This document shows, piece after piece, positions 29,591 through 45,900 of a stretch of DNA of 64,000 bases. The position numbers and the translations under genes are program-made. Below the pieces are notes generated by a model. That model was given only the letters and a program-made list of their open reading frames with translations. It had not been told where the DNA came from and did not search any database. This DNA is from the human T2T-CHM13v2.0 reference genome, Homo sapiens: the NCBI RefSeq assembly GCF_009914755.1, contig NC_060929.1; one strand, given 5' to 3'. The first letter of the stretch is position 1, and each line of letters begins with the position of its first letter.

Positions 29591-31299
29591 ACACCAGAAA
29601 GTGAGAAAAGTATCTCCAGAATCAAGGGTGGTTCTTTAAATGGAATACACTTTGCTTTATGAAAAACTTTCTGAACTAGACTTACATGTTGTATTTCACT
29701 TTAGACCAGTGAGACCATTTCCAGTGACAAGTGCAATCCAAGGGCTGGGTTTAGAGGCAGCAGAGTAGATCATTAGCAAGGTCCCAGAGTTCCCACTCAT
29801 TCCCCTGATTCCAAGACCCTGGAATCCAGAAAACTGCAAGGGAAACTGTGACCACTTGAGGAATAAGCTTTGTTGCTGCCATCTGAGTGCCTTCGGGGCC
29901 TGGAATTTGTCTTTTTTTGAATGAAAGAGTTACAAATGGTGGTTTGTTGCAATTGGGATATCAGAAATAGTCAGGTACTTCAGGCAAAGTTGTATGTTAA
30001 ATAAGCTTCTCTAAACTGACCTTGGAATTTGAACCACCATTTATACCATCATTTCTGCATGGAAGTGTAATGTAATTTCCAAGAAAATGACTTGGAGATG
30101 AATTGTGAGCTCAGTCTGATCAGAAGTTGGAGGCAGCCTAGATTCCTTTGGCCTCCTGGTCCCTTTGGCCTCAACGTGCATTGTTATCCTCATTCCTAAT
30201 CCCCAGATGCAAATATTGATTGATGTTTAAATGGCAACTTTTCATTAATGAGCTTAGAGCACTTTGTGAAAATGTGTGCTCTTGCCACCTCTGGGACATC
30301 TGCCTAAGTTGTGGTAAGGGTTCTGGCTAGGAGTTAAGAGCCCTGGTTCTAGTTCTGAAGCTGCCATACATTAGCTTAAAGCCTTTGTGCAAGAGAGAGG
30401 AGAAGAGCTATACCTTTGAGGTCCTTGCATTGCCATTGTCTATGATTTATGATTTTATGGTGAGTAGATCACAGACAGTGACAGGATCTTTCCATAGCTC
30501 CCTTTTCTGGTCAAAATGCAGCAAGAATAGTCCAACCACTTTACTAGGATGTCTTTATTTTTATGGCTTTTCCACCAAATGTATTGCTTTCCTTAGCTGG
30601 CCTGGGTTTTGGGGACAGATATTTGGCTATTATGTCCACAAATGCCCTTGACAACAGGCAACGGAGGAGGTAGGAGCCAGAAGCTTTGTAAGTTTCATAA
30701 CTTACAGTTCCTGCTGGGATTTTGATTTGATGAACCTGTGTCACCTTAATAAATTATGAAGGCTTCTCTTTTCCTTGAATCTTTCCTTGTGTCTTTGTTC
30801 CAAAACAGGCCAAAGAATGTGCTCTAGAAATTGGCCATCTCCCTGTTTTGAAGGTGAAAGATTGCTGGGTGTCACCCCCAAAAGGAGACCTCTCTATTAT
30901 ATGTTTCTGTGGTTCCAAGCTCACTGTGAGCTGTGCCTTTGACTTGGCAAAGGAATTCATCGTTTGAAAAGCTATTTCTAGCCCAGCACAGCTGTTCACT
31001 GCTTAAGTTCAGCAAATGCCACCATTTTTGCAGACTGTCCTAATACCCCCAGAGAAATTATGGCAACCTAAGTGTGTGACTTTGGTGAGTGAACAAAGAA
31101 TGACCACTTGTCCAAGGTCTCGCAGAAGTCATCCATTGTACATTTGATTATATTCTCTCCTCTCTTATCTGGTGCAATGTAGGCTCTTAAAAGCAAAACT
31201 CAAAAGAGGTTTTTTGCACTACGTTCCTTCCCTGATCTTTGTGAAATCAAGGAATCAGATGATAATAGTGATAAACTAATAACAGCAACAGCAATTCTG

Positions 31300-31500
31300 A
31301 TTTCTTTGATGCTTCTTATGTGGCAGGTAATATACTAGATACTTTATAAAAATTATCATGCTCATTTACAGATGAGAGAAAAGAGGCATAGCAAGATCGT
31401 GCAATTTGCCAAAGAAACTTCTTAACTAGGAAATGTCAGATGTGGAATTTAAACCTGGGTTCACCTTGGTAGAAGGCTCATCGTATTCCACTATGGCATG
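31300..31500 (-). mobile_element. MIR fragment
   Basis: catttacagatgagagaaaagaggcatag...aatttgccaaag...ggaatttaaacctggg. Confidence 0.6.
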
Positions 31501-34489
31501 TGGATTAAAATACGGATGTGGAGATATGGATGTGGATGGGGAGCTCTGTAACTGCCCTGGCTCCGTTTAGCTTACAGATCTTTGTTAAGGTTCTTTAGCA
31601 GTTTGCCCCTAATTCTGCTAAAATAAGATCCGCCTCTCTAGCCCGTTCCCCACCTACACAATGACAGAACTTCTTCCCTCAGCCTTTCTTCTGTATCTCT
31701 GGGAATACCCCAGTGGCAGTGGCAGGAGGTTGCAGCACACATAACTCATGCCACTGCTTGCCCTTCCCTAGCCCGCTCTGCTGGCCTCCTGATCACCTAG
31801 ATGATGCTGTCTGGAGCTCCCGCTCCAGAGCGCCTGTCAATCTGATAAAGCTCTGGGATGGCGCTACACTGCCTGTGACCTCTAGTTGACCTTGGGCCAT
31901 CTCTCCTCCCTTCTCCAGCTACTTACAAGCCCTTGATGTCCCTGCTCATCCCAGGTCTCTCTCTGGCTGGAGGGGAAAGAACTCAACCTTCTGTACCCTG
32001 CCCTTTTGTGTGTTTCATTTTGTGTGTGGATGGTGGAGGTGGGAAGGTGCAGGCCGGCAGCGGCCTTCCTTGGGCCCACTCTGGGGTTACAGTTTGTTCT
32101 GTTTCTCCCTATACTCCTCCCATCCAGTGCATGTAAGCCCCGGGGGTGCTGGATCAGAATGGTTCACATGGTGGAGTGCTGTGCTCAGATGTGTGGCTCT
32201 TTTTTTGGTCCTGCTACTGAATGACTCTCCAGGGCTCCTTCTCCTTTCTCAGTTAAAGGGAAGTTTCTCTCCCAGGGCTCCATGGTGGACATGTCTGTAT
32301 ATGAAAACCCACAGACTCCAGGAACCACAGAATCAGGAAGTGTGGCTCAAGGGAGCAAGGTGGCATTTCCTCACAGACACTGGGTGTCCAAATTCCAGGG
32401 GTAGTCAGGGGAGGTGTATGTGTGTGGAGTGCTGGCTGGATAATATTTCGAGCTAGCTAGCTATTGTGATTTTATCCATTTTATCCCTGCTTTTTCTCTT
32501 GCCCTCCTGCACCGGCCCCTACCCGCCACCTCCCATTCAAGCAGATAATAGCTGACTCTGTGCTCAGGCCTCACAGGAGGTTTGCAGCAAGGCACAAAGC
32601 AAAGACTTTGCTTCTAAGCTTTGGAAACAAAAGCCTAAGCCCTCAGCAGAAGAGGATTCGATGGAAAACAAAAACAAAAACAAAAAACAAAAGACAGATT
32701 GTCCTGAAGAAACATGGAAGGAAAGAAGCAATTTCCCCAAACTAGAAAGAAATCCCATTTGGTTAACAGGAGGTGAATGCAGAGGTGACAGAGAGACAGA
32801 TGGGGCTCCAGGAGCACAGAACCAAGCACTGCTTCCTGGGAGAGTGATGTCAGCATGACTCAAAGGCGGCCTCAGCAGAGATGCTTGGGGACCCGGGAGC
32901 CACAGCACAGAGTGACTAGACCTGAGGGGTCAGGACAGCCAGGCAAGGGCAAGGCTGTCTCAGGGATCTGTAGACAGAGAAGCGAGGACCAGGTGGGCCT
33001 CACCCCAGAGGCCTTGGCACTGCGTGAGCTCCAGAAACTCTGGCGTTAATAACCACGGGCGAGGGACTCCTGGGAAAACTGAGGTTATGCATTTTTTTGT
33101 TTATTTTTTATTTTTTCTGCCAGCCAGAAGAAATAAGAGCTTGGCATTATAAATTAAGTTGTTACAGAAAACAAAAGAAAACTCGTCAACCTTGTGTTTG
33201 TGGACTGGGATTCACGCCCTCTGCCACCTGCCCTCGTACCCCTCGTGTTCACCCAGAAGGAGATAAGAGAGCCTGTGCTCGTACTCTATCCTGGGCATTT
33301 GGCTAGACGCAGGCCTTCTGTCCTGGACCCAGGAATAGGTAGCATTGACCACGAATGCTTCGTATTACACTTTCTTTTCCATTTCAATAATGATTCAACA
33401 AAACAGTTTTAAATGAAAAGCATTCGGTAAACATTGTTCAGTTTTTCCAGGACTTTAAGCTTCAGAGGGATGCCACAAAATCATCTTCAGAGAAGTTTAT
33501 GGTGCTTGTAAGGCTGAGAAAACAAGAGTCCTTAAGAAAAGCTCTGATTAAACATTGTAGAGCATTGTATTTCCTGCCTTGTAATTGTGATAGATGGTAT
33601 GGTTTTGTTTTTAAACAACACCTCATCTTTGAAATGACTCTGCTGGAAACCTAGCATTTTTTTTTTTTTTCAGAATATTTCCACTGTGTATATTAAATTG
33701 ACTAAACATTCAGAAGAAGGAGCACAAATCAGACCCAGGAGAGTCTGTTGCAAAGTGTAAGTAGGAGAGAGGAGATGTTACCAATACTGAAAATACACTA
33801 AAATTCTGATGAAAGTACCAGATTCAATCCCATGCAAGCCTCTTAGGAACACTCAAACTGTTGAAAATAAAATGGAAAAAAGCGATTACACACTGGCACC
33901 AGCATCTAATTGTTTAATGAACATTACATGGCCTGGATCCTATTACTAATGTTTCTCTTCTTTGACATATGTCCACTGATGAAGGAAAGTTCTTTTTGGG
34001 TTGCAAAGTGGCTTTCAGAATTTGGACGCTCTGAAAGATAACAAACAGGCAACATCTTTTACTTCTTGCTCACAAGTAAATTTCTGGCAGTTTTTGACAG
34101 GTCATAAACACACATGAAATGCTAAACGTAGTGGGTTGTTAGATGCTTTCCTTAAAGTTGAAAAACATTTTTAAAATAAGTTTCCTTATGTCTACTTTTT
34201 TCCACATTCTCAACTCTGACATTCAAATGCACTTCACGAACCGACACGTAATAACATTTGAAAACCAAATTTGGAAAACCTTCACGAATTCAGACTTCAC
34301 TCTTAGAGAATTTTCAAAGCATTCTTGAGACAAGCAAATCGAGGCTGTGAATAAGATTACTGAGAATAATGCTTACTTAAGAGAAATATTCATGTTTGTT
34401 AGATATGCACAAGCAGTTAATTACATTTGGAGTTGTGCTTGTTTAGGTCCTTTTGTGAGAGCACTGACACTGTTTAGAACTTTCTAGAA

Positions 34490-35825
<1,336 letters not shown>

Positions 35826-36684
35826 TTACTTTAAAGATCTGTTTCTCAGTTTCCTGATTCTAAATTCTGAACAGGGAGAATCTAATTTGCCCAGCTTGGG
35901 TCAGTTTCCATCCCTGGTCCAATGAGCTGAGCTAGGGGTGTGAGAGTATGGATGGAATCTCTTAGAAAGGAGTGTGGGGTTAGAAGCAATGGGTGGCATG
36001 CATAACCAAATTATACAATGTTCTTCATTGAAACAATAAAACTGCATTGTAGTTTTTAAAAGTCATATGTTATATATTTTTCATTAATTCATGAGCCTCC
36101 TTTCATTAGTTCATTATAAAAAGGTATCACTGTACCTTCATTTTAATACATAAAATAAAAATTATACAGTCACTTTTTACTTATTATTAGGGACTCATTC
36201 ATCCAACTGTTCACAAATATTACTAAGTACCTACTATGTGCGAAGCTCTGTGCTAGGGACTCGGTAGATAGCAGAAAATAAAATCAAATCCCTGCTGTCA
36301 TGGTGCTTGCTTTAAAAAATGTAAAACACAGATGCAGCATTTTAAATTAGAAAACTTAATATGAAAGAAGACAATAGGATGTTCTGCGGAAAATAACTGG
36401 GGGGATGTGATTCAGTTATGAGAGCCAAGGAAGGATTCCCAATCGGGGGAAAAAATTACATCAAAGCTAAGATCTGGCTTCTCTGGGAAGAATGCCTGGG
36501 ATTGGAGAGTTGCGGGAGGACAAGGACGGAACTGGAGATCCCTGTGGAGTTATTATGATACTTGCAGCAAAAGACTATGACGCCTATGACTGTTGATGAA
36601 TTCAGGAGATTCTGGGAGCCAGAACTGATTGCACTTTGATTGTTTCTATGTAGGGTGAATTAAAGGTGCTAAGAATAACAGTTG

Positions 36685-36905
36685 GGGTAGAGGTTAAGCA
36701 CATGAACTCTGAAGCTAGATTGTCTGAGTTTAAATCCCAGTTCCATTAGTAAGTTATGTGACCTTGGGCAAATTACTTAACCTCACTGTGCCTTGGTTTC
36801 CTCATCTAAAAAGTGGGTGATAATAATAGTAGCTACCTTGAAGATTTGTTATGAGGATTAAACAAGTTAACATGCATAAAACATTTCAAACATTGCCTGC
36901 ATGTC
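36685..36905 (+). mobile_element. MIR (inserted within a minus-strand L2 spanning ~36195-37270)
   Basis: tgtgaccttgggcaaattacttaacctcactgtgccttggtttcctcatctaaaaag MIR core. Confidence 0.85.
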
Positions 36906-38639
36906 GGTTTACTTACAAACTGAAAAAGAGGTAAGTTTCCATGCTTCTGGCTTGAGCAATGGAGCGATACAGGTGACATTTATTGAGATGGGAAAGACTA
37001 GCAGAAAAAGAGACTTTGATGGACTGAAGATCACAGTTTAGCCTTAGATACAGGCTTGAGATTGCTCAGACCTCTTGGACATCTCTCTTTGGGCAGGAGT
37101 CTGATCTCAGAAGAGATCCCTGGGCTGGAGATGTCAATCTGTAAGACTTCCAAATACAGGCAACATTTGAAGCCCAGGGATTGGAAAGGCAAGCAAGGAA
37201 GAGTGTGTAGAGTGAGCAAAGTGTGAATACAGGGCCAAAGACTGACCATGAGAGTTCCGAAAGCCAAGTGGAGAATGAGGGGCCAACTACTGGTTTATGT
37301 GCAGTGCTGTTATGCACATGCATTAGACAAGTGGAAATAGAAACATCTGGTATAATTTGAATATAAGGAATATTCAAACAAAGGACATCCTTGTATTTCT
37401 ATTTTAATGGAGCTTAAAACTCTAATTTTCTGTTTAGCCCTGTTACATTGATTTTATGGCTTCTCCTATCCCTCATTGGAATCTCTGATCCAAAGATTTA
37501 AAAGAAAGTCTGGAGAATTTGGAGATATGAGTAGTTTCATGGCTGGATCTTCAATGGCGAAGACAGAAGGTGGGGCATAAACTAGAACCAGGTGATGAAA
37601 TGTCTTATAAGCTGTCATAGGAGTTTAAACTTGATAACAGTAAGGAGCCATTCAAAGTGTTAAGCAACAGTGAAGCACGATTATTTCGTATTTGAGAAAG
37701 ATCTTTGTTGAACAAGGTAGAAAATGCATTGAAAAGGAGCAAATCCAGAAGCTGAGAGGCCAATGGTGCATCTGTAACAGTAACCCAGGAAAGAAAAGGC
37801 AACACAAAGGCAAAGAAAAGACAAACCAGGACTGTGGGGGAGGCCAACGGTTCCAATTTAAGTAATGACCACAGCAAGAAACAGACAGGATGAGGTGATT
37901 GACTAGTTAGAGAAGGTAAGAGAGAGGATGACGCCATGGCCTCTGCTTTTGTTCAGACTATTCTGTGCCCTTAAAATATTACATTTTTCCTAATCCATCC
38001 TTATGCTCCATGCAGCACCCTCAATGTCTTCTGTAGGGATAACCCTTTAATTTTCAAATATGTTCTCATCCTGTCTCCTGATGAATGCATGCAGTCATTA
38101 ATTAGCTCAAGTGGAAAATAAAGATGCGACTTACTTCATATGCACTCTAGGTCCCAGGCCTGGGTAGAAAAAAAAATCTATTACCTAAACCACAGAAGCT
38201 AAAATCCTCCACAAAGAAGAAAATACCCCAGTGATTGATTTGGTCTCCACATCACCTGGCTTAACTAAGTATAGAAGTATTAATATGCTAGACCCTATTT
38301 ATTAAAATAATTTAGCTCATCATTGTGACAGAAAGCCCATGTTTCAAACAGCAATATTTTTGTAATAAATTAGAAGTCCCTCAACAAACCCTGTTAAACC
38401 CCATGTGGATTTCCGTTAATGGGGAAGATTTCCCAGTGACCTAGCTTAACACTGCTGCTGCACATTAATTTGCTTTCCAGCTATACATAAATAAATAAGT
38501 GGCTGCCTCCTTGATGTGAGCTGGAGGACCCAGGGGAAGGCATTTTTACCTCTAGGTATCTTCCCCAGACTTCTTATGCTGTTTATAATTATCATATTCA
38601 TCATTTTTTTCTTCTCTCTCTTCCCAATTTCTTTCTTCC

Positions 38640-39996
38640 TAGTCTCTCTTGAACCTATTCCTATCAGACTTATGCCCCCACCATTCCATCAAAACTGCTT
38701 GTCAAGGTCACCAATGACCTCCATTTTGCTAAATCCAATGGTCAGGCATCAGTCCTCATTTAACATGATCCATCAATTGCATTCAGTGCAGCAAATCACC
38801 ACCTCTTCCTTGACACACATTCTTCATTTGGCATCAAGAATAACACATTATTTCCATTTTTTTCCTACCTCATTGGGCTTAGCCTTCCTTGCTGGTGTTC
38901 TCCATGGTCTCTTAGTGTTCAGAATACCTCAGGGCTCAGTTCCTAGTCCTCTTCTCTATAACTTAAACCCTTGATCGTCTCATCCCGTCTCATGGTATTA
39001 AATAACACCTTTACCCTAACAACTCTTCAGTTAGTACCTCCTGGTCTCCAGCCTTACTCAGCATCTCCACTTGGATGTTCAATAGACATCTCAAACTCAA
39101 TGTGTCAAATATGGAACTCCTCATCTCCCTTCAAAAACTGTTCTACTCATAGCCTTCCTTATCTCAGTTGATAGCAACTTGATTAAGCCAGTGCTCATGC
39201 CAAAAATCTTGAAGTCATCTTTCTCTCTTTCTCTCACAATCCACATCTAATCTTGTTGATAGTGTCTGCAAGGTACACCCAGAATCCATTCTCTTCCTAC
39301 CTTTCCACTGCTACCATCCTGATCCACCAACTCTTGGCTCAAAGTCACTACAATATACTCCCAGCTTCTCTTCCTGCTTATACACCCTTGTCTAGCACCA
39401 GAACCATAGCTCAAGTAATCCTTCTTAAAAAGTAATCAGTGGCATCACTTCTTTACTCAAAAACTGCAATGACACAGGGTAAAAGCCAAAGCCTTAAAAA
39501 TGCCTTCAAGCTCCTACCTGGTCTGCTCCCTCCCCTGAGTTTCAACCTCATCTCGTGGTCTCCCCTGCTCACTCTGCTCCTGACCACTGGCCTCCTTGCT
39601 GTTTCTGAGACATGCCAGACAAGCTCTATGTGTGCCCTCTGCCTTGAATGCTGTCGGATACTAGAGGCCAGCCCCACCCTTCTTTCATGGCTTTGTTCAA
39701 ATGCCATCTTCCCAATGCCACTTATCCTGCCATATTTCATACTGTCACTTGCCCCAGCCCCAGTGGTCCCAGCCTCCTTGCCCTGCTTTACTTTTTTCTT
39801 TTTCCATAGCACATATCACTTCCTATTATGTGATGCAATCTGCTTATTTATTAGGTTCACTATCAACTGTCATCTCTGCTGGAGTGTAAGAATCACAAAG
39901 GCAGAGGTCTTTGTTTTGTTCACTGATGTATCCTGAACACCAAGAACAGTGCCTGGAACATAGGAGGCACTCAGTAGATGCTTATTGAATTAATGT
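38640..39996 (+). mobile_element. LINE-2 (L2a) 3' ~1.3 kb
   Basis: tcaaggtcaccaatgacctccattttgctaaatccaatgg ... gaacagtgcctggaacataggaggcactcagtagatgcttattgaattaatg. Confidence 0.85.
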
Positions 39997-41473
39997 TTTA
40001 GGCTTCAATCACAAGGGGCCCTAGTATAAGGCAAATATTATTGGACAGGTGATACATTCAGCTTCAGGTTTCCAATCTGAGCCATTAACATATCTTACAA
40101 GTTTGAACGAACTACAAATGAGATGTCTTTGATCCATTTCCTTTCTAGCTCACTCCTTCAACACATTTTTCATCCCAGTGCTCTGGTCCTCTCCTCAGGA
40201 CAGGGAATGGATACAGTCAATAGTGTCTGTTCAGGGTTTATCCTCCCTAGAGTAATTTGGTCCTCTTTCTCCTTATTCCCATGAAATCTGAACTGTGATC
40301 CAATTTCTCAAGACCTTAAAACTAAAAAAAATGAGAACTAGTGACCCCATTTTAAGAAATATTGCAGATTGTAAATTAAGCCAATGCTGCTGTTAAACCA
40401 GATTTAGCTCATTGACATCTAGAGGAAATACAAACGATTGCCAGAACTTTATAGCAAGAGAGAAGGATACGGTATAGTGGGAAACCCAAGCAAAGGGCTG
40501 GATTGGGAGCTCTATGTTACTAGAGGCTAACATGAATGTCCCAGAGGAGCGAAAAAGAGGGACACAAATGGAAGGAACAGATCATGGGGCACACACCTTA
40601 TTTTTGCCTAAGGTGGACAACTGGGCTAATTCACCAAAGGTTTTGTGAGCCCCCCATCGTGCTGCTGGCACCTAGGATAGCCGGGTGGAGGCTTCTCCAA
40701 CAATTCTAAGAAATACCCATGGAATGAGAAATGCCCAGGCAGATATGTGGCAAGCGCTATCTCCCCTGGAGCTCTTCTGGAGACCCTGGGCCACTTCCAC
40801 AATGCTTTCTACACTGAGAACACTCTACACTCTCACTCTACACTGAGAACACTCATTAGGATCAACACTGAGAACACTCATTAGGATCAACTAGAGGCAG
40901 GTTGAGTTTTTATTTCACTAAGTACCCAAGCTCTTGTGCATAATTAATCCTCAAAAAACTAATTTCTTTCCCAGCACTGAATTATCCTTGGTCAAAAAGA
41001 AATCAACATGATAAATACCAGGCACATAGTGGGCATTTGACATCCTTCTTCCCATGTCTCTCGTTTTCCTCTAGTACCCACCCTCCCAACCTCCTTTGAG
41101 ATGACTATTTTCCATATTTGCTTCTTTCATGGCATATCTGTATTGCTTCGTATTTGGCCCCAGATGTCAGATTGGCTTGCATTACTCCAGGCTGAATCAT
41201 TTGATTTCCTGTCCATGTTCCTAACCTTTCCAGATCCTCTTGTATCATTTCTCAGTCATTCCCGCTGTTTACAATACCTCTCAATTTAAAGCCATCTGCA
41301 AATCTCATTAACAAACCACTGACTCCTTCTCCCTCACGATCATAGGACATGTTGAATGAAACAAGACCTGACAGCAATCCTCTCCTCTCCATTTGAGGCA
41401 CCATTTCTCTGGGTTACTTTAACTTATTATCATTTTTATATTATATTGTTATTGCACATGTACTCCCAGCCTA

Positions 41474-41857
<384 letters not shown>

Positions 41858-42429
41858 TTATATTAATCCCTTTACTAGTGACTTTTCCTAGTATACTTAA
41901 AATACTTTGCTTACAAAGTAATAATTACCCAACTTCTCAAGGCTGGTTACAGCCTTGAATATAGGTTTTTAATACCCTTTAGCTACATCTGTCTGTAAGA
42001 AATTTTTTCCTAGTAGAGTTTTTGAATAAGATTCAAATTCTTTCACATCAATATTAGTAAGCATCTGAGGAACACACCAGTTTTCTCACTGGCGATTCAT
42101 TGGATCTTGGCTTCAACTTTTCTCACCCCTTTTCCTGATATGCTCAAAATATTTCCAAATCTCACTATTCTTCCTTCCTTAAAACTTTTTGTGTCCCTTC
42201 TATGTGCCAAGCACTGTGCTCAGTGCTGGGGTACAATAAAGAAAAGAGTCTCCATTCTCTGGAGCTGTTAATCCAAGAAAAAACTAAAGGGAAGTAGTAC
42301 TTTTGAGTACCTGCCATATTCTGGACCTGCAATGTATATAATCCCTTTTACACCCCACAGAAACCCCATCTAATAGCTGAGAAAACAGGAGTTCAGAGAA
42401 GTTAATTAATTTGCCTGTGATGCAGAATA

Positions 42430-42960
42430 CAAATAGACAATTTACAGAAGAAATACAAATGGACGATAGACATATGGAAAAAATACTCAACCATGCAGTT
42501 ATTAAGTAACTGGTTTATTAAGTAAATAAAATGCTACTTTTTTACCTATCAAGGTGGTAAAGAGAAAAATAATACTCTACGCTGGTGGGGTTGCAGTAAT
42601 ACAGGCTCTCTTGCATAGGGCTGCAGGGAACATAAAGGGGCAAAATCCTCCTGAGAAACTGTATAATATGTAACAAGGACCATTATAAGAGGAACTCACC
42701 TTAGTGTCCATCGCAAGGGAATGAAATAAATGATGTTACATCCATCCAATGAAATTGTACATAGCCACTAAAAATCATATAGAATATGTAATGACCTAGA
42801 AAGATTTACCAAATATTAAATGAAAAAGGCATATTACAGAATAGTAGATACTACTGGATGACAATATATACAGGATTGTGTGTATGTGGGTGTGGAGAAA
42901 ATAAAAGACTGGAAGAATGGATAATATGTTAACAGGGGTTATTCATAAAAGATACGACAG
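42430..42960 (+). mobile_element. Old L1 (L1ME-like) 3' fragment
   Basis: aatagacaatttacagaagaaatacaaatggac...catatggaaaaaatactcaacc...agactggaagaat. Confidence 0.6.
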
Positions 42961-45900
42961 AGTTCTTTCTATTGGTATCTTCTACATTTCAATTATTTAA
43001 AAAACCCAAACATAAAAATGTTCATACATTCAGATCTAGTTATGCAACTGTATTGCAATAAACAGCAATGCAGACTAAGAGTCAAGTAACTTGCTCAGAA
43101 CCACCCATCGGGTATATTACTTTAAGTCTCGCTTTCTAAGTCTGAAATCCATTTTCTTTCTACAACCTACTCATTCAGCTCCATAACCCCAATTATATCC
43201 TAACTAGAGTAATCCCTTGATGACCTTTCTAGTTTCTAGGCTTTTTATCACGAGATTAATTTCTCCCACCAAAATGGTTTGCTGTTCTAAAATCTCTAAG
43301 CTGGCACTCTTTCTGCGATAAGCAACTCTTTCTTTTCTCAAAGCCCGCTTGCTGGCAGGTCATCCCGATTTTCATCATCTGCTTTTGTTCTGTGAAATCT
43401 GATGAGGGCTTACGAGGTCTTCAGCATCTCTCAACAGCAAACATTGGTATTTGGGTTTGAACAATTCTTTTTGTTGAGCAGGGCTTTGTTAGCCCTAGCC
43501 AGCTTAAATGCCTTCAAGGCTTCACTGTGACAACAGAACTGCCACCACACATTTCCAAACACATCCCAAGGGTGGCCAATTGAGAACCACCCTATGATCG
43601 GCCACAGCTAACCCTCTGACCTCATCTTTCTCTACTCCCTGGCTTTCTGGCTCCATTCCAGCCACACTGGGCTCCTTGCTGCCCTTCTCATAAGCCCACA
43701 AAAGCAGGGATTTGGTGGTGGGGATTGGGGTGGAGGGGTGTTCCTTTCATCTGTACAACCAGTTCCTGTATTCAATTCCCTCTTTTAAGCACTTGATTTG
43801 TTTTTGATCCCTTTTAAATTTGATTCAGCTTCCCCAACTGTAAATGAACTAACCAATGAAACTAATCACTGATTCCACATGTTCCCAAGCTGTGCACTTC
43901 TACCGCAGGATCTTCCAAGGTCTGAACTGAAAACTGCGTCTGCATTTCCTTTTACCTTCTATGTTTTGGGAAGGTATCTCTAAACTATCTCTTCAGGACA
44001 GAAGAGAAAAACTACATGGATGCAAATCAGTCATACTGCATTTAAATTATGTGCATCTCTCTGTTATTGTTAGTTCCTTGAGGGCAGTCTTTGTAACCTT
44101 CTCTTTATATTCTCCCCAAATAAATGAGTGCCTGGAAATCATAGGTACTCAAGACCTCCACAGCAGCCTCCTCCCTGAGAGATTAGGTGGCTGGAATGTG
44201 ATTAGACACGTGGGCATCTCCAGGCTTCCACACAGCAGTCATTACTGAGTGACAGATGTCAATCCTGGCATGAATGTGATTTGCAAGGCTCCAAAACGGA
44301 GATTGGATTAAATTTGCTTAAATTTCCATTAGGCTGTGTGTGTGTGTTATTTTTTCCTTTCTTTTTGGTCTTTTTTCTCTTAATTTCTACATCTGCTATA
44401 TACACTCCCCACCGTTTTCTAAACCATTTTAGCAGCAGTCAACCCTGTGAATTGGATGTCATATGCAATACAAAATGTAAATCATGTTCATTAGATGAAA
44501 AACGCAATTTCCCCCCTCATGGAGAAAACTGGGACAACACATATCAGAAGGGGCACAATATGACAGTCTTCAAATAAGTCAGTGTGCTTCCTGCATTTAA
44601 AGCTGAAATCTGTTTGGTCTTAATTGTGATATTTGCAAAGTGTCATGCTTTCTTCTACATTGAAAGATTTCTTAGCTACTTCAAAATGTGAATTCGTGAG
44701 CGGACTACCTTCTCCAAACTAGGATCTGGGGAACCAATCCTAATTGTATTTATACATGCTAAAGTTCCCCTGTTCTTTCCACTCACGCAAAACGCAGGAT
44801 AAATATAATAGCTTCTCTTCCACTTGGAAAAGCACAAGTTTTGGAGCCTTGAGTTGGCTGCACTGGAAATTAGAAATGTCTTTGATGAGGCACAGCTGTC
44901 TTCATTTCTTAGTCACAAATGTCTAAAGCATTCCAGGAGGCTGACTCATATACCTGGAGAGGGACCATGGTTTCTCATTTTTTCTCCTGAAGCCCTTGAC
45001 TGGTCAGGAAGAGACCAGTTTCTCCTTTGTTCTACAGCTAGGAACTTAACTACAGGATGATCTTAAGTAAGATAAAACCTGACATTTCTTCACCACCATT
45101 TGCTTTTCATTCTCTTACATTTGTCTCAAACATAATGTGCAGCACTTAGTGATCTTTCTGCTATGGAGACTCACTGAAGACAAGATCCCAACATGGCAAA
45201 ACTTAAGAGTTTTCTCACCAATAGCTGCTATCTGCAGCAAAGGAAAGAGAGCACCTTGTGTTGTAGCCTACCGTCCACTGAAGGAGATCAGTATGGACAT
45301 CCAGGAGTTTCTGAGTTCCCCAGATAGTCTCAGACGAAAGTCAAACCTCTGAGATGAGCAATTAAGAACCAACATTTTTGAAACTCTTTGTCATATGGTT
45401 CGCAGCTTTGTGACTCTAAATAGTTGTCTTTCCGCAAATAATTCCATTATTCCACAACAGCAACTCCTCTTTTCTGTTCTCTTGCAGCAAGCAAGTGATC
45501 ATTACTCACCACCTCAATCCACCCAAGGGCTTTCACCTGGAACCCAAAGTGCGTAAGTAATTAAGATTTGTGTTCTTTGGGGAAAGGAGTATCGACAAAG
45601 ATGTAGCTTGCTTCTCATGTGAGAAAAGTACTTACATACCTACACAGTTCTACTTGGAAGGCCTATGCATTTTACTATATGTAAATTACAACTCAATTTT
45701 AAAAAAATCTACTAGCAAAGACACCCATTCTCTCAGGGAACTTGCCCTTATTTAACCTACAGCTATAAATGACAGGGTTCTCTAGAACCATATACTTTGT
45801 CCCATAAACGAAGCAGTAAAAAAACCTGAATATCTTCCCTCCAACTAAAATTACATTATTTTTCTCAGTTAAATCTTCCATTCAATTACAATGGACTATC

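Noticed and set aside
31768-31787. CTCF-like motif (GGCCAGCAGAGCGGGC on - strand)
   Set aside because: Mismatches in the GGGC core; not supportable without PWM scoring or ChIP data
38516-39936. 152-, 165- and 119-aa ORFs
   Set aside because: Lie in a degenerate L2; hydrophobic bias reflects pyrimidine-rich sequence
40808-40891. Repeat-spacer-like pattern as a possible CRISPR array
   Set aside because: Intervening sequences are 9-12 nt and themselves repeated; consistent with slippage duplication
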